The notes under the pieces are model-generated. The model saw only the letters and a list, made by a program, of their open reading frames with translations, was not told the DNA's origin and searched no databases. From Patescibacteria group bacterium (GTDB lineage Bacteria > Patescibacteriota > Patescibacteriia > UBA10025 > JAHIVO01): a DNA stretch of 64,000 nt. Both the position numbers and the translations under genes were made by a program. Shown here piece by piece: positions 7,777 through 18,586 of this stretch (position 1 is its first letter; every line of letters starts with the position of its first letter). The stretch is from assembly GCA_041660605.1 (NCBI GenBank), contig JBAZWB010000001.1, positions 137,295 to 201,294 of the forward strand, in the 5' to 3' direction.

Positions 7777-9561
7777 TTATAAGTATTCCTTAATGATTTT
7801 TACCAGTTTTTTCCCGGCAATTTTTCCCAGTTCCACCACGGAGGCGCCGGCGATTCCCTGGGTTGAACTGAAATGGGCCAGAAGTTTTTTCTTGGTTTTC
7901 GGCCCCAGCCCGGGGATTTCATCAAGGATTGATTTTTTAATTTCTTTGCCATGTTCTTTGCGAAAAAAGGCAATAGCAAAACGATGCGCCTCATCCCGCA
8001 GCCGCTGGATCAGGAAAAGGGCCGGGGAGTCAGGAGGGAAATTTACCGGCATCTCCCGGTCAGGCAGATAGATGTTCTCATGTTTTTTTGCCAGAGCCAC
8101 TGTCGGTATTTGGCGCCCAATAGCTTTTATCACTGTATTAAGCTGGCCTCGGCCGCCATCCAGAATTACCAGATCGGGTCTTGGCCACGGCCCCCTCATC
8201 CCAACCTTCTCCCCCGCAGGGGGAGAAGGGGGCAGTTTAAGGTGACCAAAACGGCGTTTGAGCATTTCCGCCAGCATCGCCGTGTCATTGGCCCCTTTGA
8301 CGCTTTTTATCTTAAATTTGCGGTACCATTTTTTATCAGGGCGGCCGTCGGTAAAAACAATCATGGAGCCAACCGGATTCTGGCCCTGAATGTTAGAAAT
8401 ATCATAAGTTTCAATGCGCCTGGGAATATGGGGTAAAGACAATAATTTTTTAAATTGCTCCAGCGCGATTTTTGTTTGAGTCTTTTCTTTTTCCCAGGAT
8501 GCTTTTTGCTGTTCCAGATAGCCTACGGCATTCTCAACTCCCAGTTCAAGATATTTTTTCTTTGTTCCTTTTTGGGGAACGATTATTCTAACTCCGAAAG
8601 TATTTTCGATAATTTTTTGGTCAGCCAGCTTTAGAGGCAAAATAATTTCCCCGGGCAGGTCGGTGGTTTGGGGGTAGTATCTTTCTAGGAAGGCCTGAAT
8701 GATCTCCCCTTCAGTCTGGCTGGCAATATTTTTCAAAATGAAATTCTGCTTGTTCAGAAGTATTCCCTGCCTGATGATGAAAAGGTTGATGCAGGCCAGT
8801 TCACGATTTTGTGCCAGGCTGACGATATCCTGGTTCTCCCGTTTGGCTGAGACGACAATCTGTTTTTCCATCAGCCTTTTGATTGACTGTATCTGGTCGC
8901 GGCAGGTGGCGGCTTTTTCGTATTGCCGGTTATGCGAAGCACGGGCCATTTTTTTCCCCAGCTCCTCGGCAATCATCCGGTACTCGCCTTTGAGAAATTT
9001 AATAATATTATTAATGTTTAATCTGTACTCACGCGGGTCACTGGGGCCCAGCAGCTGCGGATACCTTTTAACCAGGAAGTTCAAATGATATTTAGACGCC
9101 GAACGGGAAAAATTACGATGCGGAAAAAGCTTGCGCAGCAGGCGCAAAGTCTGCCTAACCGAACCGGCTGAGACGTAAGGGCCGAAATATCTGGCTTTAT
9201 CCCAGCTGATTCTCCTGACCGTAAAGACGCGCGGGAATTCCTCATCCAGCGATATTTTAATATATAAAAAGTTCTTGTCATCCTTCAAATCAATATTAAA
9301 CGGCGGCTGGCGCTTTTTTATCAGATTTGACTCTAGGAGCAGGGCTTCTGACGGCGAGGTGGTAATAATAAATTCCAGTTTGGAAATTTTTTCCACCATC
9401 AATTGCTTTTGCGGCGTCAGCTGGCTGGTCTGCCGGAAATATGAAGAAATGCGGTCTTTTAATTTTGTCGCTTTGCCAATATAAAGTATGCTGTCATTTA
9501 CATCTTTGAAGATATAAACTCCGGGTTTTTTGGGTATTTTTTGCAGGCTGATTTTTTTCAT
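7777..9561 (-). CDS. uvrC: Excinuclease ABC subunit C
   Basis: PGVYIFKD..LYIGKA GIY-YIG, YFGPY, RIETYDISN, DLVILDGGRGQ, RDEAHRFA, HhH IPGLGPK; likely ATG 9561. Confidence 0.97.
   Translation of the reverse strand: MKKISLQKIPKKPGVYIFKDVNDSILYIGKATKLKDRISSYFRQTSQLTPQKQLMVEKISKLEFIITTSPSEALLLESNLIKKRQPPFNIDLKDDKNFLYIKISLDEEFPRVFTVRRISWDKARYFGPYVSAGSVRQTLRLLRKLFPHRNFSRSASKYHLNFLVKRYPQLLGPSDPREYRLNINNIIKFLKGEYRMIAEELGKKMARASHNRQYEKAATCRDQIQSIKRLMEKQIVVSAKRENQDIVSLAQNRELACINLFIIRQGILLNKQNFILKNIASQTEGEIIQAFLERYYPQTTDLPGEIILPLKLADQKIIENTFGVRIIVPQKGTKKKYLELGVENAVGYLEQQKASWEKEKTQTKIALEQFKKLLSLPHIPRRIETYDISNIQGQNPVGSMIVFTDGRPDKKWYRKFKIKSVKGANDTAMLAEMLKRRFGHLKLPPSPPAGEKVGMRGPWPRPDLVILDGGRGQLNTVIKAIGRQIPTVALAKKHENIYLPDREMPVNFPPDSPALFLIQRLRDEAHRFAIAFFRKEHGKEIKKSILDEIPGLGPKTKKKLLAHFSSTQGIAGASVVELGKIAGKKLVKIIKEYL
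8191..8232. repeat. 42-bp palindromic REP-like element inserted in frame within uvrC
   Basis: ccccctcatcccaa-ccttctcccc-cgca-gggggagaagg-ggg; encodes PPSPPAGEKVGMRG between RRFGHLKL and PWPRPDL. Confidence 0.75.
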
Positions 9562-9729
9562 AGCTGATAGAATTATAACATAGTCGGCGGGTATTGGTAT
9601 TGACAAAAGCCAATGTCCATGCTAATATTGCCAGTTATTTCTCCACGCACTTTTTTATTTTCAAGTTAATCGAAGAAGTCAGGCTTCTTCGGCATTTTTT
9701 TCACAATTTTCAATTCTGGAGGCGGTGTT

Positions 9730-10386
9730 ATGAGTCTCAAGGTTCAGGCAGTATTGGCAAAGCCGGCAAGCGAAACCAGGCGTGGCCGCGTAGCTCATGG
9801 AGTGAACTACGGCAAGAATTACGTTTTCGTGGACAGCCATGCTTCACGTTGGAGCGATGGGGTCGGTGAATTCGCCATTAATCTCGATGGGCATGGGGAG
9901 GCGATCGATTATCAGGCAGTTTTGACCTGGCGTCCGGGCGAAGCAACTGATCGATACCTGGTGCCCCTGATACCTACCTCTGATGGCTTCGCGGTTCTCC
10001 CGGCTTTCAATATGCCGCATAGTGGGTACGATTTCCACTGCTACAGTTTTTGCGGCAGGATCGACCAGGGGGAGAGCAAGTCGCCGATGTATTTGCCTAT
10101 GTATCTGGTAGCTGTGTATAGCGACGGCTATGTACAGATCGATCGGTACGAAATTGACCGCGGCAACATTGTCAGCAACGGGGATATCCGTGTTATCAGA
10201 GTGAAAGAAGATCGCATCTATCAGTCGGCCCATGTGCAGACTAACACCCACCTGCTCCAGTTGGATTTGCCGGGCGCTACGTCAGCCATGGCAAAGTACA
10301 TCCTGGCAGCCTGGCAGACGGTTTGTGGTGATGCCCAGCCTGAAAGGGTTGGCAAGTCTCACCGACGCAGCAGAAATGCGGCCTGA
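9730..10386 (+). CDS. Hypothetical protein (ORFan cassette)
   Basis: 218-aa ORF, GGAGG SD, TTGACA-17-TAATAT promoter at 9600-9628, terminator 10397-10435. Confidence 0.75.
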   Translation: MSLKVQAVLAKPASETRRGRVAHGVNYGKNYVFVDSHASRWSDGVGEFAINLDGHGEAIDYQAVLTWRPGEATDRYLVPLIPTSDGFAVLPAFNMPHSGYDFHCYSFCGRIDQGESKSPMYLPMYLVAVYSDGYVQIDRYEIDRGNIVSNGDIRVIRVKEDRIYQSAHVQTNTHLLQLDLPGATSAMAKYILAAWQTVCGDAQPERVGKSHRRSRNAA

Positions 10387-10396
10387 TGGTCGCCAA

Positions 10397-10435
10397 CGGT
10401 CCGGTCTTAGCAATAAGATCGGACCGCCTTTTTTT
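10397..10435 (+). terminator. Intrinsic terminator
   Basis: cggtccggtctta-gcaa-taagatcggaccg then T7. Confidence 0.8.
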
Positions 10436-10496
10436 AGTAGGTAATAAAAAGTTAAATGTTAATAGACTAATAGTATTACGTTCTGCTCTATTGACC

Positions 10497-10546
10497 GAGA
10501 TTTCTCCGCTCCTCTTCGGCTACGCTCAGAGTCGGTCGAAATGACA
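10497..10546. repeat. Solo copy of the GIY-YIG-associated REP-like repeat
   Basis: gagatttctccgctcctcttcggctacgctcagagtcggtcgaaatgaca is nearly identical to 25297-25346 and 25471-25520. Confidence 0.9.
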
Positions 10547-10678
10547 ATCGTTCAGCCATATAATAAAGGTAACTGTTTGAAAGGCACTTGTCCGGGGTAC
10601 TCCTATTATCTCTTGACCGATCTTGACACGGGGTGTATAATGGCTTTCGTATCTTTAACCTGTGGATATTTTTTTATA

Positions 10679-13522
10679 ATGAAAAATAGTGTAGACAAAA
10701 TAATAATTCGCGGTGCCCGGGTGCACAACCTGAAGAATATTGACGTTGACATACCGCGCGATAAATTAGTGGTGATCACCGGCATCTCCGGTTCAGGAAA
10801 ATCATCACTGGCTTTTGATACTATTTATGCTGAAGGCCAGCGTCGGTATGTGGAATCCCTTTCCGCTTATGCCCGGCAGTTTTTAGGCTTAATGGACAAG
10901 CCGGATGTTGATTTGATTGAGGGCTTGTCGCCCGCCATTTCCATTGATCAGAGATCTACTTCGCATAACCCCCGGTCCACCGTCGGCACAGTAACGGAGA
11001 TATATGATTACCTGCGATTGTTATTCGCTAGGGTGGGCAAGCCGCACTGCCCGCAATGCGGCCGGCTGGTCAACAAGCAGTCTATTGAGCAGATTGCCGT
11101 TAGTGTTGCCAGCTTGGCGTCCGGATCCCAATTCATGATTTTAGCGCCGGTTATCCGCGACCAGAAAGGCGAGCACAAAAAAATTATTTCCGAAGTGCGC
11201 AAGGCCGGATACGTGCGCGTGCGCTTTGACAAGGAGATGTATTCGGTCGAGGAAGCGGAAGACCTGAGAGTAGATAAAAATAAAAAGCACAATCTGGAAG
11301 TGGTGGTTGACCGCCTGACCAATGATGGCAGCCTGGATAAAAAGAGGCTGAATGAGTCATTGGAAGCGGCGCTGGACCTGGGCGACGGCCTGGTTATCAT
11401 TCAGGTAAATGGAAAAAAGGAAGACCTGCTTTTTTCCCAGAATTATTCCTGCCCGCACTGCAATATCAGTTTGCCGCCGATTGAACCAAGAAATTTTTCA
11501 TTTAATAGCCCTCACGGCGCCTGCCCGGATTGCACCGGCCTGGGCACCCGCCTGGAAATAGATCCGCAGCTGGTCATTCCCAACCCCCGGCTGACTATTG
11601 CCGAGGGCGCCATCCGTCCGTGGTCCAGAACTTCCTCCAACCAGGCCTGGTATCTGCGGTTTCTGGAAGGCGTGGCCCAGGAGCATGGTTTTTCCCTGGA
11701 CGTACCGGTTGCAGATTTGACCAAGAAACAGCTGGACATGGTTTTAAACGGCACCGGCAACAAAGAATATACCATGGAATACTCCAGCGACCGGTTCAGC
11801 GGTGAATTCACCAGAAATTTCGAGGGCGTGATGCCGAACCTGATGCGCCGCTATAAGGAAACACAGTCAGATTATATACGGGCCGAGATTGAAAGGTACA
11901 TGCGCGTGCTGCTTTGCCCGACCTGCCACGGCAAGAGGCTGAAACCGGAAGCGCTGTCAGTTAAAATTGCCAATATCTCCATTGCCGACGTCGCCGCCAT
12001 GACGGTTGACCTGGCGCGCGGGTTTTTTAATACCCTGAAGCTGGAAACAACCAAGGAAAAAGCCATTGCCAAGCAGATCCTGAAAGAAATCTCCGCGCGC
12101 CTCACTTTCCTGCACAACGTCGGTCTTGATTATTTAAGCCTGGACCGGGCGGCCCAGACTTTAGCCGGCGGCGAAGCCCAGCGCATCCGTTTGGCTACCC
12201 AGATCGGCTCTTCTTTAGTTGGCGTGGTTTATATATTAGACGAGCCTTCCATCGGACTTCACCAGCGCGACAATGAAAAATTGATCAGCACTTTAATTGC
12301 TTTGAAAGAATTGGGCAATACCGTAATAGTCGTTGAACACGATGAGGGCACTATTTTAGCTTCGGATTACGTTATTGATATCGGTCCGGGCGCTGGCGAG
12401 CACGGCGGCAAAGTTGTGGCCTGCGGCACTCCGATAGAATTGAAAAAAAACAAGAATTCCCTGACCGGGGCGTACTTATCCGGCCGCAAAAAAATCGTCG
12501 CGCCGAAAAAATACCGCCCGGGCAACGGCAAGAACCTGACTATCCGCGGCGCCAGCGAATTCAACCTGAAAAATATTGACGTGAAAATTCCCCTGGGCAA
12601 ATTTGTCTGCATCACCGGCGTTTCCGGCTCGGGCAAATCCACATTAATGACGGAAATTCTGGCGAAATCTTTATCCCAAAAATTTTACCAATCCAAGGAC
12701 GTGCCGGGAAAGCACAAAGCCATAGACGGCACGGAAAATCTTGATAAGGTCATTAATATCGACCAGTCGCCGATCGGCCGCACGCCCCGCTCCAACCCCG
12801 CCACTTATACCGGCGTTTTTACCTATATCCGGGATTTGTTCTCGCAGGTGCCGGAAGCCCGCATCCGCGGCTATTCTCCGGGACGCTTCAGCTTCAACGT
12901 CGTGGGCGGACGCTGTGAAGCCTGCCAGGGCGACGGTTTAGTCAAAATAGAAATGCAGTTCCTGCCGGATGTCTATGTGGAATGCGAAGAATGCAAGGGC
13001 CGGCGCTACAACCAGCAGGCCCTGGAAATTCATTATAAAAGCAAGAATATTTCCGAGATCCTTAATATGACGGTGGAAGAGGCGATGGAATTTTTTGAGA
13101 ATCTGCCGCCGATCCATAATAAGCTAAAAACTTTGCACGAAGTCGGTTTGGGCTATATCCATCTCGGCCAGTCAGCCACGACCTTATCCGGCGGCGAAGC
13201 CCAGCGCATCAAGCTGGCGACTGAATTATCCCGCCGTGCGACGGGCAAGACTTTGTATATCCTGGATGAGCCGACCACCGGCCTGCACTTCGAGGACGTG
13301 AAAAGGCTGTTAAACGTTTTAAACAAGCTGGTGGACAAGGGCAATACGGTGCTGGTGATTGAGCATAACCTGGACGTTATCAAGTCCGCTGACTGGATAG
13401 TTGATCTGGGACCGGAAGGCGGGAGCAAGGGCGGGGAAATCGTGGCTCAGGGCACACCGAGGGAAGTAGCTAAAGTAAAAAAAAGCTATACCGGTTACTT
13501 CCTACAAGGCATGCTGGATTAG
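10679..13522 (+). CDS. uvrA: Excinuclease ABC subunit A
   Basis: GARVHNLKN, two Walker A ([18 protein letters not shown]), zinc fingers, LSGGEAQR; the track's N-terminal extension from 10541 starts inside the repeat. Confidence 0.98.
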   Translation: MKNSVDKIIIRGARVHNLKNIDVDIPRDKLVVITGISGSGKSSLAFDTIYAEGQRRYVESLSAYARQFLGLMDKPDVDLIEGLSPAISIDQRSTSHNPRSTVGTVTEIYDYLRLLFARVGKPHCPQCGRLVNKQSIEQIAVSVASLASGSQFMILAPVIRDQKGEHKKIISEVRKAGYVRVRFDKEMYSVEEAEDLRVDKNKKHNLEVVVDRLTNDGSLDKKRLNESLEAALDLGDGLVIIQVNGKKEDLLFSQNYSCPHCNISLPPIEPRNFSFNSPHGACPDCTGLGTRLEIDPQLVIPNPRLTIAEGAIRPWSRTSSNQAWYLRFLEGVAQEHGFSLDVPVADLTKKQLDMVLNGTGNKEYTMEYSSDRFSGEFTRNFEGVMPNLMRRYKETQSDYIRAEIERYMRVLLCPTCHGKRLKPEALSVKIANISIADVAAMTVDLARGFFNTLKLETTKEKAIAKQILKEISARLTFLHNVGLDYLSLDRAAQTLAGGEAQRIRLATQIGSSLVGVVYILDEPSIGLHQRDNEKLISTLIALKELGNTVIVVEHDEGTILASDYVIDIGPGAGEHGGKVVACGTPIELKKNKNSLTGAYLSGRKKIVAPKKYRPGNGKNLTIRGASEFNLKNIDVKIPLGKFVCITGVSGSGKSTLMTEILAKSLSQKFYQSKDVPGKHKAIDGTENLDKVINIDQSPIGRTPRSNPATYTGVFTYIRDLFSQVPEARIRGYSPGRFSFNVVGGRCEACQGDGLVKIEMQFLPDVYVECEECKGRRYNQQALEIHYKSKNISEILNMTVEEAMEFFENLPPIHNKLKTLHEVGLGYIHLGQSATTLSGGEAQRIKLATELSRRATGKTLYILDEPTTGLHFEDVKRLLNVLNKLVDKGNTVLVIEHNLDVIKSADWIVDLGPEGGSKGGEIVAQGTPREVAKVKKSYTGYFLQGMLD

Positions 13523-13621
13523 CTAGCTATTTATATTTTTAAAATCACCCCTTATCTTTTTGACAAGGCGGGCTTATTGTATTAAGATTCCGGTAATGGA
13601 TTTTTAATGGAGGTATGGAGT

Positions 13622-13954
13622 ATGTTCTTTGCAGCGATTGGTTTAGCCGCTTTAATTTCCTGCGTGGTGGCTATGTATAGGGACCAGAGTAAAATAATGG
13701 GGATTCTTCTGATATTTGCAATTGTGGCGACGGTGGTATTTTCATTCTGGGATGACCTGTATTTTTTACTGGTAATGTTCAACTATAAGGCACCGGAGGC
13801 AGCTATTATTTCAGTGGTGGTATCAGGTTTTTCCGTTATGTCGCTGGTGGCGCTGCGGCTTTACAACCAATCACGTGAGACGCGTCTGGTTGGCGGACTG
13901 GTTTCGCAGGTGTTCCTTTCTATTGCTTTCGTTTTTTTGCGCGCGGCAGTTTGA
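13622..13954 (+). CDS. Small four-TM membrane protein (ORFan cassette)
   Basis: GGAGG at 13609-13613 then ATG 13622; TTGACA-17-TAAGAT at 13560-13588; terminator 13983-14012. Confidence 0.7.
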   Translation: MFFAAIGLAALISCVVAMYRDQSKIMGILLIFAIVATVVFSFWDDLYFLLVMFNYKAPEAAIISVVVSGFSVMSLVALRLYNQSRETRLVGGLVSQVFLSIAFVFLRAAV

Positions 13955-14030
13955 AATTAACTGCCCATTCGGTCAGATTATCGGGGACGACTTGTATCGT
14001 CCTCTTTTTTTTATCCTCACTATATATCAC

Positions 14031-14061
14031 CGTAGAAGCTAAATAGGATTTAGCTTCTACG
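14031..14061. repeat. Perfect 14-bp-arm palindrome
   Basis: cgtagaagctaaat-agg-atttagcttctacg; shares aaatagg(g)attt...ctacgcg with 17898-17990. Confidence 0.75.
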
Positions 14062-14148
14062 CGGCGGGGTATGTAAGTGGAGGAGAATAAAAAAGAGGGC
14101 ACCTCATAGAGGGTCCTCTGGTTTTCGTTAGACATAATGAATGGGCTG

Positions 14149-14448
14149 TTACGGCGTGGCCTTTGCCTTGGGATCGCGGAAAGGGAGATCCCGTGACTGA
14201 CAAAAACCCCGGAGAAATTCGTAGAACCTGTCTTCGTCATCCTCATGCACGCTTGCTTTAATGTGCCAACCGCTTGGATGATTGTAGTAGCTGTCAACGG
14301 CCTTAATCCTTCTAATACCCTCGCGGCCACCCTCAACAGCGAATGCCTGGCCGAACTCCATTATGAATTCTCCGAAGTACTTCTCGGGAATGACCACCTC
14401 CAACCTGATGTGGCGCGAGTAAATGCTTACCTCGCTTTGATCCGACAT
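14149..14448 (-). CDS. Hypothetical protein (ORFan cassette)
   Basis: 99-aa ORF, GGAGG SD, TTGACA-17-TAAATT promoter (-35 at 14518-14523), terminator 14089-14119. Confidence 0.7.
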   Translation of the reverse strand: MSDQSEVSIYSRHIRLEVVIPEKYFGEFIMEFGQAFAVEGGREGIRRIKAVDSYYNHPSGWHIKASVHEDDEDRFYEFLRGFCQSRDLPFRDPKAKATP

Positions 14449-14561
14449 GACTATCCTCCACTTGTTGAATAGGTTAAAAATACTTTATTTTTTAAATTTA
14501 CTACTTTAATCGGCTGGTGTCAACACTTTTAATAAGGCCATGAAAAGGCTATAATATTCAC

Positions 14562-15485
14562 ATGACCGCAGTTGAAAAAGCTATTTTATCGGCTATTTGC
14601 TATTTTGATGTTTTCGACTATCCATTAACCCTGATGGAGATTTGGAAATGGCTTTTTTTCCAAGAGGGTGCGCAAAAAACAACTCTGGCAGAGGTTGAAG
14701 AAATTCTGCAGAGCAGCAAGTTATTGGGAGAAAAACTGGAAACAAAGAACGGATTTTATTTTTTGCGCGGCAGAGAGGAGATTGTTAATCGTCGGCTGGA
14801 GCGTTACCGTTTGGCAGAGGATAAATATGAGCGCGCCGTGAGAATCATAAAATATTTGCGCTGGATGCCTTTTGTTAAAATAATTGCCATTTGCAATACC
14901 CTCGCGTACAGCAACAGCCGCCGCGAGGGGGACATTGATTTATTCATCATTACCAGCCCGCGGCGGGTGTGGCAGGCGCGCTGGTGGGTGACCGGCTTTT
15001 TAAAACTTTTTAACCTGCGGCCAACCCTGCAAAAAACGCAGGACACTTTTTGCGCCAGCTTTTTCATTGATAAGAATAATCTTAACCTGGAAATTTTTAA
15101 AGTCGCCGACGATATTTACCTGCCGTATTGGATCGTCCAGCTGTATCCGGTTTATGACGAGGGCTTATATAATGATTTCGAAACCCAAAACGCCTGGGTG
15201 CGCAAAAAAATTCCGAATTGGATCCCGGCCAGCACTGTGCCCCGGCGCACTGTTGCTCCCGCCGGCTGGTTGAAAAGCGTTTATACCGGATTTTTCACTT
15301 TACTGCCGGAGAGTTTTTTCAAGAAACAACAGATGCACATTATGCCAGAAAAACTTAGGGAGGCGGCTAATAAAGATACCCGCGTAATTATTAACGACGG
15401 TGTTTTAAAATTTCACGATAACGACCGGCGCCGCCTTTATTATGAAAGCTGGAAAAAAAGACTTAATCAAGCTTATGGCCAGTAA
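14562..15485 (+). CDS. Nucleotidyltransferase-fold hypothetical protein
   Basis: GDIDLFII (DxD) motif after a degenerate GS loop; N-terminal YFDVFDYPLT. Confidence 0.65.
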   Translation: MTAVEKAILSAICYFDVFDYPLTLMEIWKWLFFQEGAQKTTLAEVEEILQSSKLLGEKLETKNGFYFLRGREEIVNRRLERYRLAEDKYERAVRIIKYLRWMPFVKIIAICNTLAYSNSRREGDIDLFIITSPRRVWQARWWVTGFLKLFNLRPTLQKTQDTFCASFFIDKNNLNLEIFKVADDIYLPYWIVQLYPVYDEGLYNDFETQNAWVRKKIPNWIPASTVPRRTVAPAGWLKSVYTGFFTLLPESFFKKQQMHIMPEKLREAANKDTRVIINDGVLKFHDNDRRRLYYESWKKRLNQAYGQ

Positions 15486-16812
15486 ACTGGAAAAAATCGT
15501 CAGCTACGCCTTTTACCTGTTTATTTTTTTATTGCCCTGGCAGACGCGGTGGATATGGCATCAGGGTTTTCTTAACGGCGGGGCGTGGGAATACGGCACG
15601 CTCAGCCTGTACGGAGTGGATATTCTTTTTGTCCTGATATTTCTGGTTAGTATCTTTTTACCGCGGCCAAAAAAGCCGAGACACGGTGTCTTTTTAATGA
15701 TCATCGCCGGTCTAGCGCTGGTCAGTTTTATTTCCATAATTTATTCGCAGAACCGCGAAGTTTCCTGGTATTATTTCCTTAAACTGGCAGAGGCGGTACT
15801 ATTGGTTGTTTATGTTTTGCGCCAGCCGCTGCACTGGAGAAAAATAAGCCTGGCTTTTATTTCTGCCGGAGTCATCCAGGCCGTGCTGGGCATTTACCAG
15901 TTTTTTACCCAGAGCGTCTTCGCCTCCAAATGGCTGGGCATGGCCGCCCAGTCGCCTGACCAGATAGTTGGGGAGTCAGTGGTGGCCACTTCCGCCGGAC
16001 GGTGGTTGCGCGCCTACGGTTCTTTTCCGCATCCCAACATACTGGCCGGCTTCCTGGTGGTCTGCCTGATTTTTTTGATCGGCTACCTGTTCATCATCAG
16101 GGCGCATTTACGCGTCCGCGTCTGGCAGATAGTGCTGACGGTCAGCGCCTTTGTGGTGACGGCTTTCGGCTTGATTCTGACCTTTTCGCGCGCGGCCTGG
16201 CTGGTATTCGGTGTTTGCCTGCTCTTCTGCCTGCTGATCGCCTGGCTGCAGAAAAATAAATTCAGAGTGAGGATATTACTGGAGATTTTTGCCTGGCTGA
16301 TAATGCTGGCGGTTTTTAGTTATGTACAGCTGCCGGAATTGTGGCACACGCGCCTGACCGCCACTGGCCGTTTGGAAACCATGTCGTTAACGCAAAGAAC
16401 CGAGCAATATTCGCAGGCGGAAACGGTTTTGAATAAATACTGGACTTACGGCGCCGGACTGGGAAGCTACACTTATGCCCTTTATCAGAATCATTCATCG
16501 TTGGAGGCCTGGGATTATCAGCCAGTACATAATATTTACATTTTGGCAGCTGCAGAAATCGGGGTTTTTGGCGGCCTGCTGATTTTATTGTTGGCGATGG
16601 AATTTTTCCGGCAGGCTTTTGTTATTCACTGGAAAAAACTTGACGAGGACCAGTGGTTTTTCGTTTACACGATTGCTTTTTTGGCTTTGCTGCTGCTCGG
16701 GTTTTTTGACCATTATTTATGGACCATGTCATTTGGAGTGCTGTTTTTCTGGCTGATATTCGGTTTGTGGCTGAAGCGGTTGCGCAGAGTTACCGATAAA
16801 AGTCGGGATTAG
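15475..16812 (+). CDS. O-antigen ligase (WaaL/Wzy_C) family membrane protein
   Basis: Multiple TM helices, RAYGSFPHPNILAGFL, TFSRAAW, HNIYILAAAEIG; likely ATG 15475. Confidence 0.88.
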   Translation: MASKLEKIVSYAFYLFIFLLPWQTRWIWHQGFLNGGAWEYGTLSLYGVDILFVLIFLVSIFLPRPKKPRHGVFLMIIAGLALVSFISIIYSQNREVSWYYFLKLAEAVLLVVYVLRQPLHWRKISLAFISAGVIQAVLGIYQFFTQSVFASKWLGMAAQSPDQIVGESVVATSAGRWLRAYGSFPHPNILAGFLVVCLIFLIGYLFIIRAHLRVRVWQIVLTVSAFVVTAFGLILTFSRAAWLVFGVCLLFCLLIAWLQKNKFRVRILLEIFAWLIMLAVFSYVQLPELWHTRLTATGRLETMSLTQRTEQYSQAETVLNKYWTYGAGLGSYTYALYQNHSSLEAWDYQPVHNIYILAAAEIGVFGGLLILLLAMEFFRQAFVIHWKKLDEDQWFFVYTIAFLALLLLGFFDHYLWTMSFGVLFFWLIFGLWLKRLRRVTDKSRD

Positions 16813-16823
16813 TAATCCCGACT
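16801..16823. repeat. 23-bp palindrome, copy 1
   Basis: agtcgggatt-agt-aatcccgact; recurs at 18126-18148. Confidence 0.8.
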
Positions 16824-16880
16824 TAGAAAATAAAAAAACGGACAACCAAGGGGTTGTCCGTTAATAGTTTGTGCTGTTTG

Positions 16881-17699
16881 TTAGAGCAATTGCTCATGCT
16901 CAAATATTCGTTGAATGAAGGCGTTTTTTGTTCTCATCAATCGGGTGATAGCCACCGCTTTATCGAGGAGATTCATGCGTTTGAAGACGCCATAGGTCAT
17001 TATGGTGGCGAGATCATAGCCGATTTCGTTCGGTTCACCACCCAGGTTTTCCAGCGGATATCGTTCGCTGTAAATCGCCGTGATTATCTTCTGGATGTCT
17101 TTTTGCCTGTGAGTGTCTCCTTGGCGCCCGGCGAAGAAAAAGGCTTTGCTGATCCACTCCTCAATGGCTGACGAAAGCAATTCGCGGATATTCTTTTCCG
17201 GTCTTATTTCACTGGAATTAGTGGGATACGCACGGAAATGTTTCATCATTATAATGATGATGGCGTCTGGCAGGTCTTTCTCAAACTTGGCGCGTTGTTT
17301 GAAATAGTTATCGCGCCAGACCGCCGCAAACATAAGCGCCACAGGCAGGGCATGAATAAAATCCGTAATATCCGGTTTATTCTCTCTGTCCTTTTCCGTT
17401 CTGCCAAACGGCTTCATCAAAGTTGCCATCCAGATATCGGCAGTGACGGGATTTTCCAGCAACACAGCCAGAATAGCTCTGGCGATCACCAGAGGATTCT
17501 TGCAGTTCAGGCAGGCTTCAAGAAATTTCTTCGGTCCTTCCACGGTTTCTTGCAGAGTGCAATTGCTTAGGGCGCCGAATGTCCAGCCCAACAGGGGATC
17601 TGGAGTGGCCGCATCCATTTTTGGAAATTCAACCACAGGTGAGCTTTGGTTGACCCGGAAAGAGCCATAAAGTACCTGGCTCACTAATTGTTCGTCCAT
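16881..17699 (-). CDS. Hypothetical protein (ORFan cassette)
   Basis: 272-aa ORF, AAGGAG SD, minus-strand TTGACA promoter near 17826-17831, terminator 16832-16862. Confidence 0.75.
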   Translation of the reverse strand: MDEQLVSQVLYGSFRVNQSSPVVEFPKMDAATPDPLLGWTFGALSNCTLQETVEGPKKFLEACLNCKNPLVIARAILAVLLENPVTADIWMATLMKPFGRTEKDRENKPDITDFIHALPVALMFAAVWRDNYFKQRAKFEKDLPDAIIIIMMKHFRAYPTNSSEIRPEKNIRELLSSAIEEWISKAFFFAGRQGDTHRQKDIQKIITAIYSERYPLENLGGEPNEIGYDLATIMTYGVFKRMNLLDKAVAITRLMRTKNAFIQRIFEHEQLL

Positions 17700-17897
17700 T
17701 TTTTGCTCCTTTCGAAGCGTGACTCTTCCTTTCGGAATAGCTGCGTCCCTTTCGGGCGCGATGGTTATAAGGTACAGTGAATTTGTAAACGTGCGTTAGC
17801 TAAACTTAATGCGATTGGCTGATATTGTCAAGTAATAATTATTGCCCCATCCGCATTTCCTGGTAAATCACTTGAATGACAATTTATGCAAGAAAAG

Positions 17898-17990
17898 CGG
17901 CTAATAAATAGGGATTTATTAGCTACGCGATATTATAACGTATCTGCTTCCAAAAAAACGGCTAATAAATAGGGATTTATTAGCTACGCG
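17898..17990. repeat. Two identical 32-bp palindromic direct repeats 29 bp apart
   Basis: cggctaataaatagggatttattagctacgcg at 17898-17929 and 17959-17990. Confidence 0.85.
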
Positions 17991-18125
17991 GATTTTTTCG
18001 TTGCGTCTATTTTTTAACCGTGTGAAGTCCAAATTTATTTGGGCTTACGTGTTTCTCCATATCTAAGCTAAGTCATCTCACGCTTAAGCGCGGGTAGGGC
18101 AGGCAATTAATTAGCAAACCTGCAA

Positions 18126-18148
18126 AGTCGGGATTATTAATCCCGACT
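18126..18148. repeat. 23-bp palindrome, copy 2
   Basis: agtcgggatt-att-aatcccgact. Confidence 0.8.
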
Positions 18149-18230
18149 CAAACTCCAAGAACTTGTGGATAACCTAATTATCGCTTGACTTGACTTCGGA
18201 TATATCATTATATACAATAAATACTACGAC

Positions 18231-18257
18231 TTAGCACTCTAAAGGTAAGAGTGCTAA
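18231..18257. promoter_or_regulatory. CIRCE element (HrcA operator)
   Basis: TTAGCACTC-N9-GAGTGCTAA perfect consensus upstream of groES. Confidence 0.97.
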
Positions 18258-18310
18258 TTTAAGCCAAAAAATTAGTATCATTAGCTAAATAATCATTAAA
18301 AAGAAAAAAT

Positions 18311-18586
18311 ATGAATTTGAAACCATTGGGCGATAGAATAATCGTCAAGCCGGTAACCGAGGAAGAAGTGACTAAATCAGGCATTGTGCTGCCCGACACC
18401 GTTGAGAAAGAAAAAAAAGAAGAGGGCGAAGTGGTGGCTGTCGGCGACGGCGAAAAAATAAAAAAGCTGGGACTGAAAAAAGGCGACAAGGTTATTTTCG
18501 GCAAGTATTCCGGCGAAGAAGTAAAATTAGAAAAAATTGAGTATAAGGTTTTGAAAGAAGAAGACGTGCTGGCGAAGATTGAATAG
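18311..18586 (+). CDS. groES: Co-chaperonin GroES
   Basis: LKPLGDRIIV, TKSGIVLPDT, GEVVAVGDG, GDKVIFGKYSG. Confidence 0.98.
   Translation: MNLKPLGDRIIVKPVTEEEVTKSGIVLPDTVEKEKKEEGEVVAVGDGEKIKKLGLKKGDKVIFGKYSGEEVKLEKIEYKVLKEEDVLAKIE

Noticed and set aside
10541-10678. 46-aa N-terminal extension of UvrA
   Set aside because: The upstream ATG lies in the REP-like repeat; UvrA similarity begins at 10679.
17898-17990. Mini CRISPR array (32-bp repeats, 29-bp spacer)
   Set aside because: Only two repeats, no cas genes in the window, and the repeat resembles the solitary palindrome at 14031.
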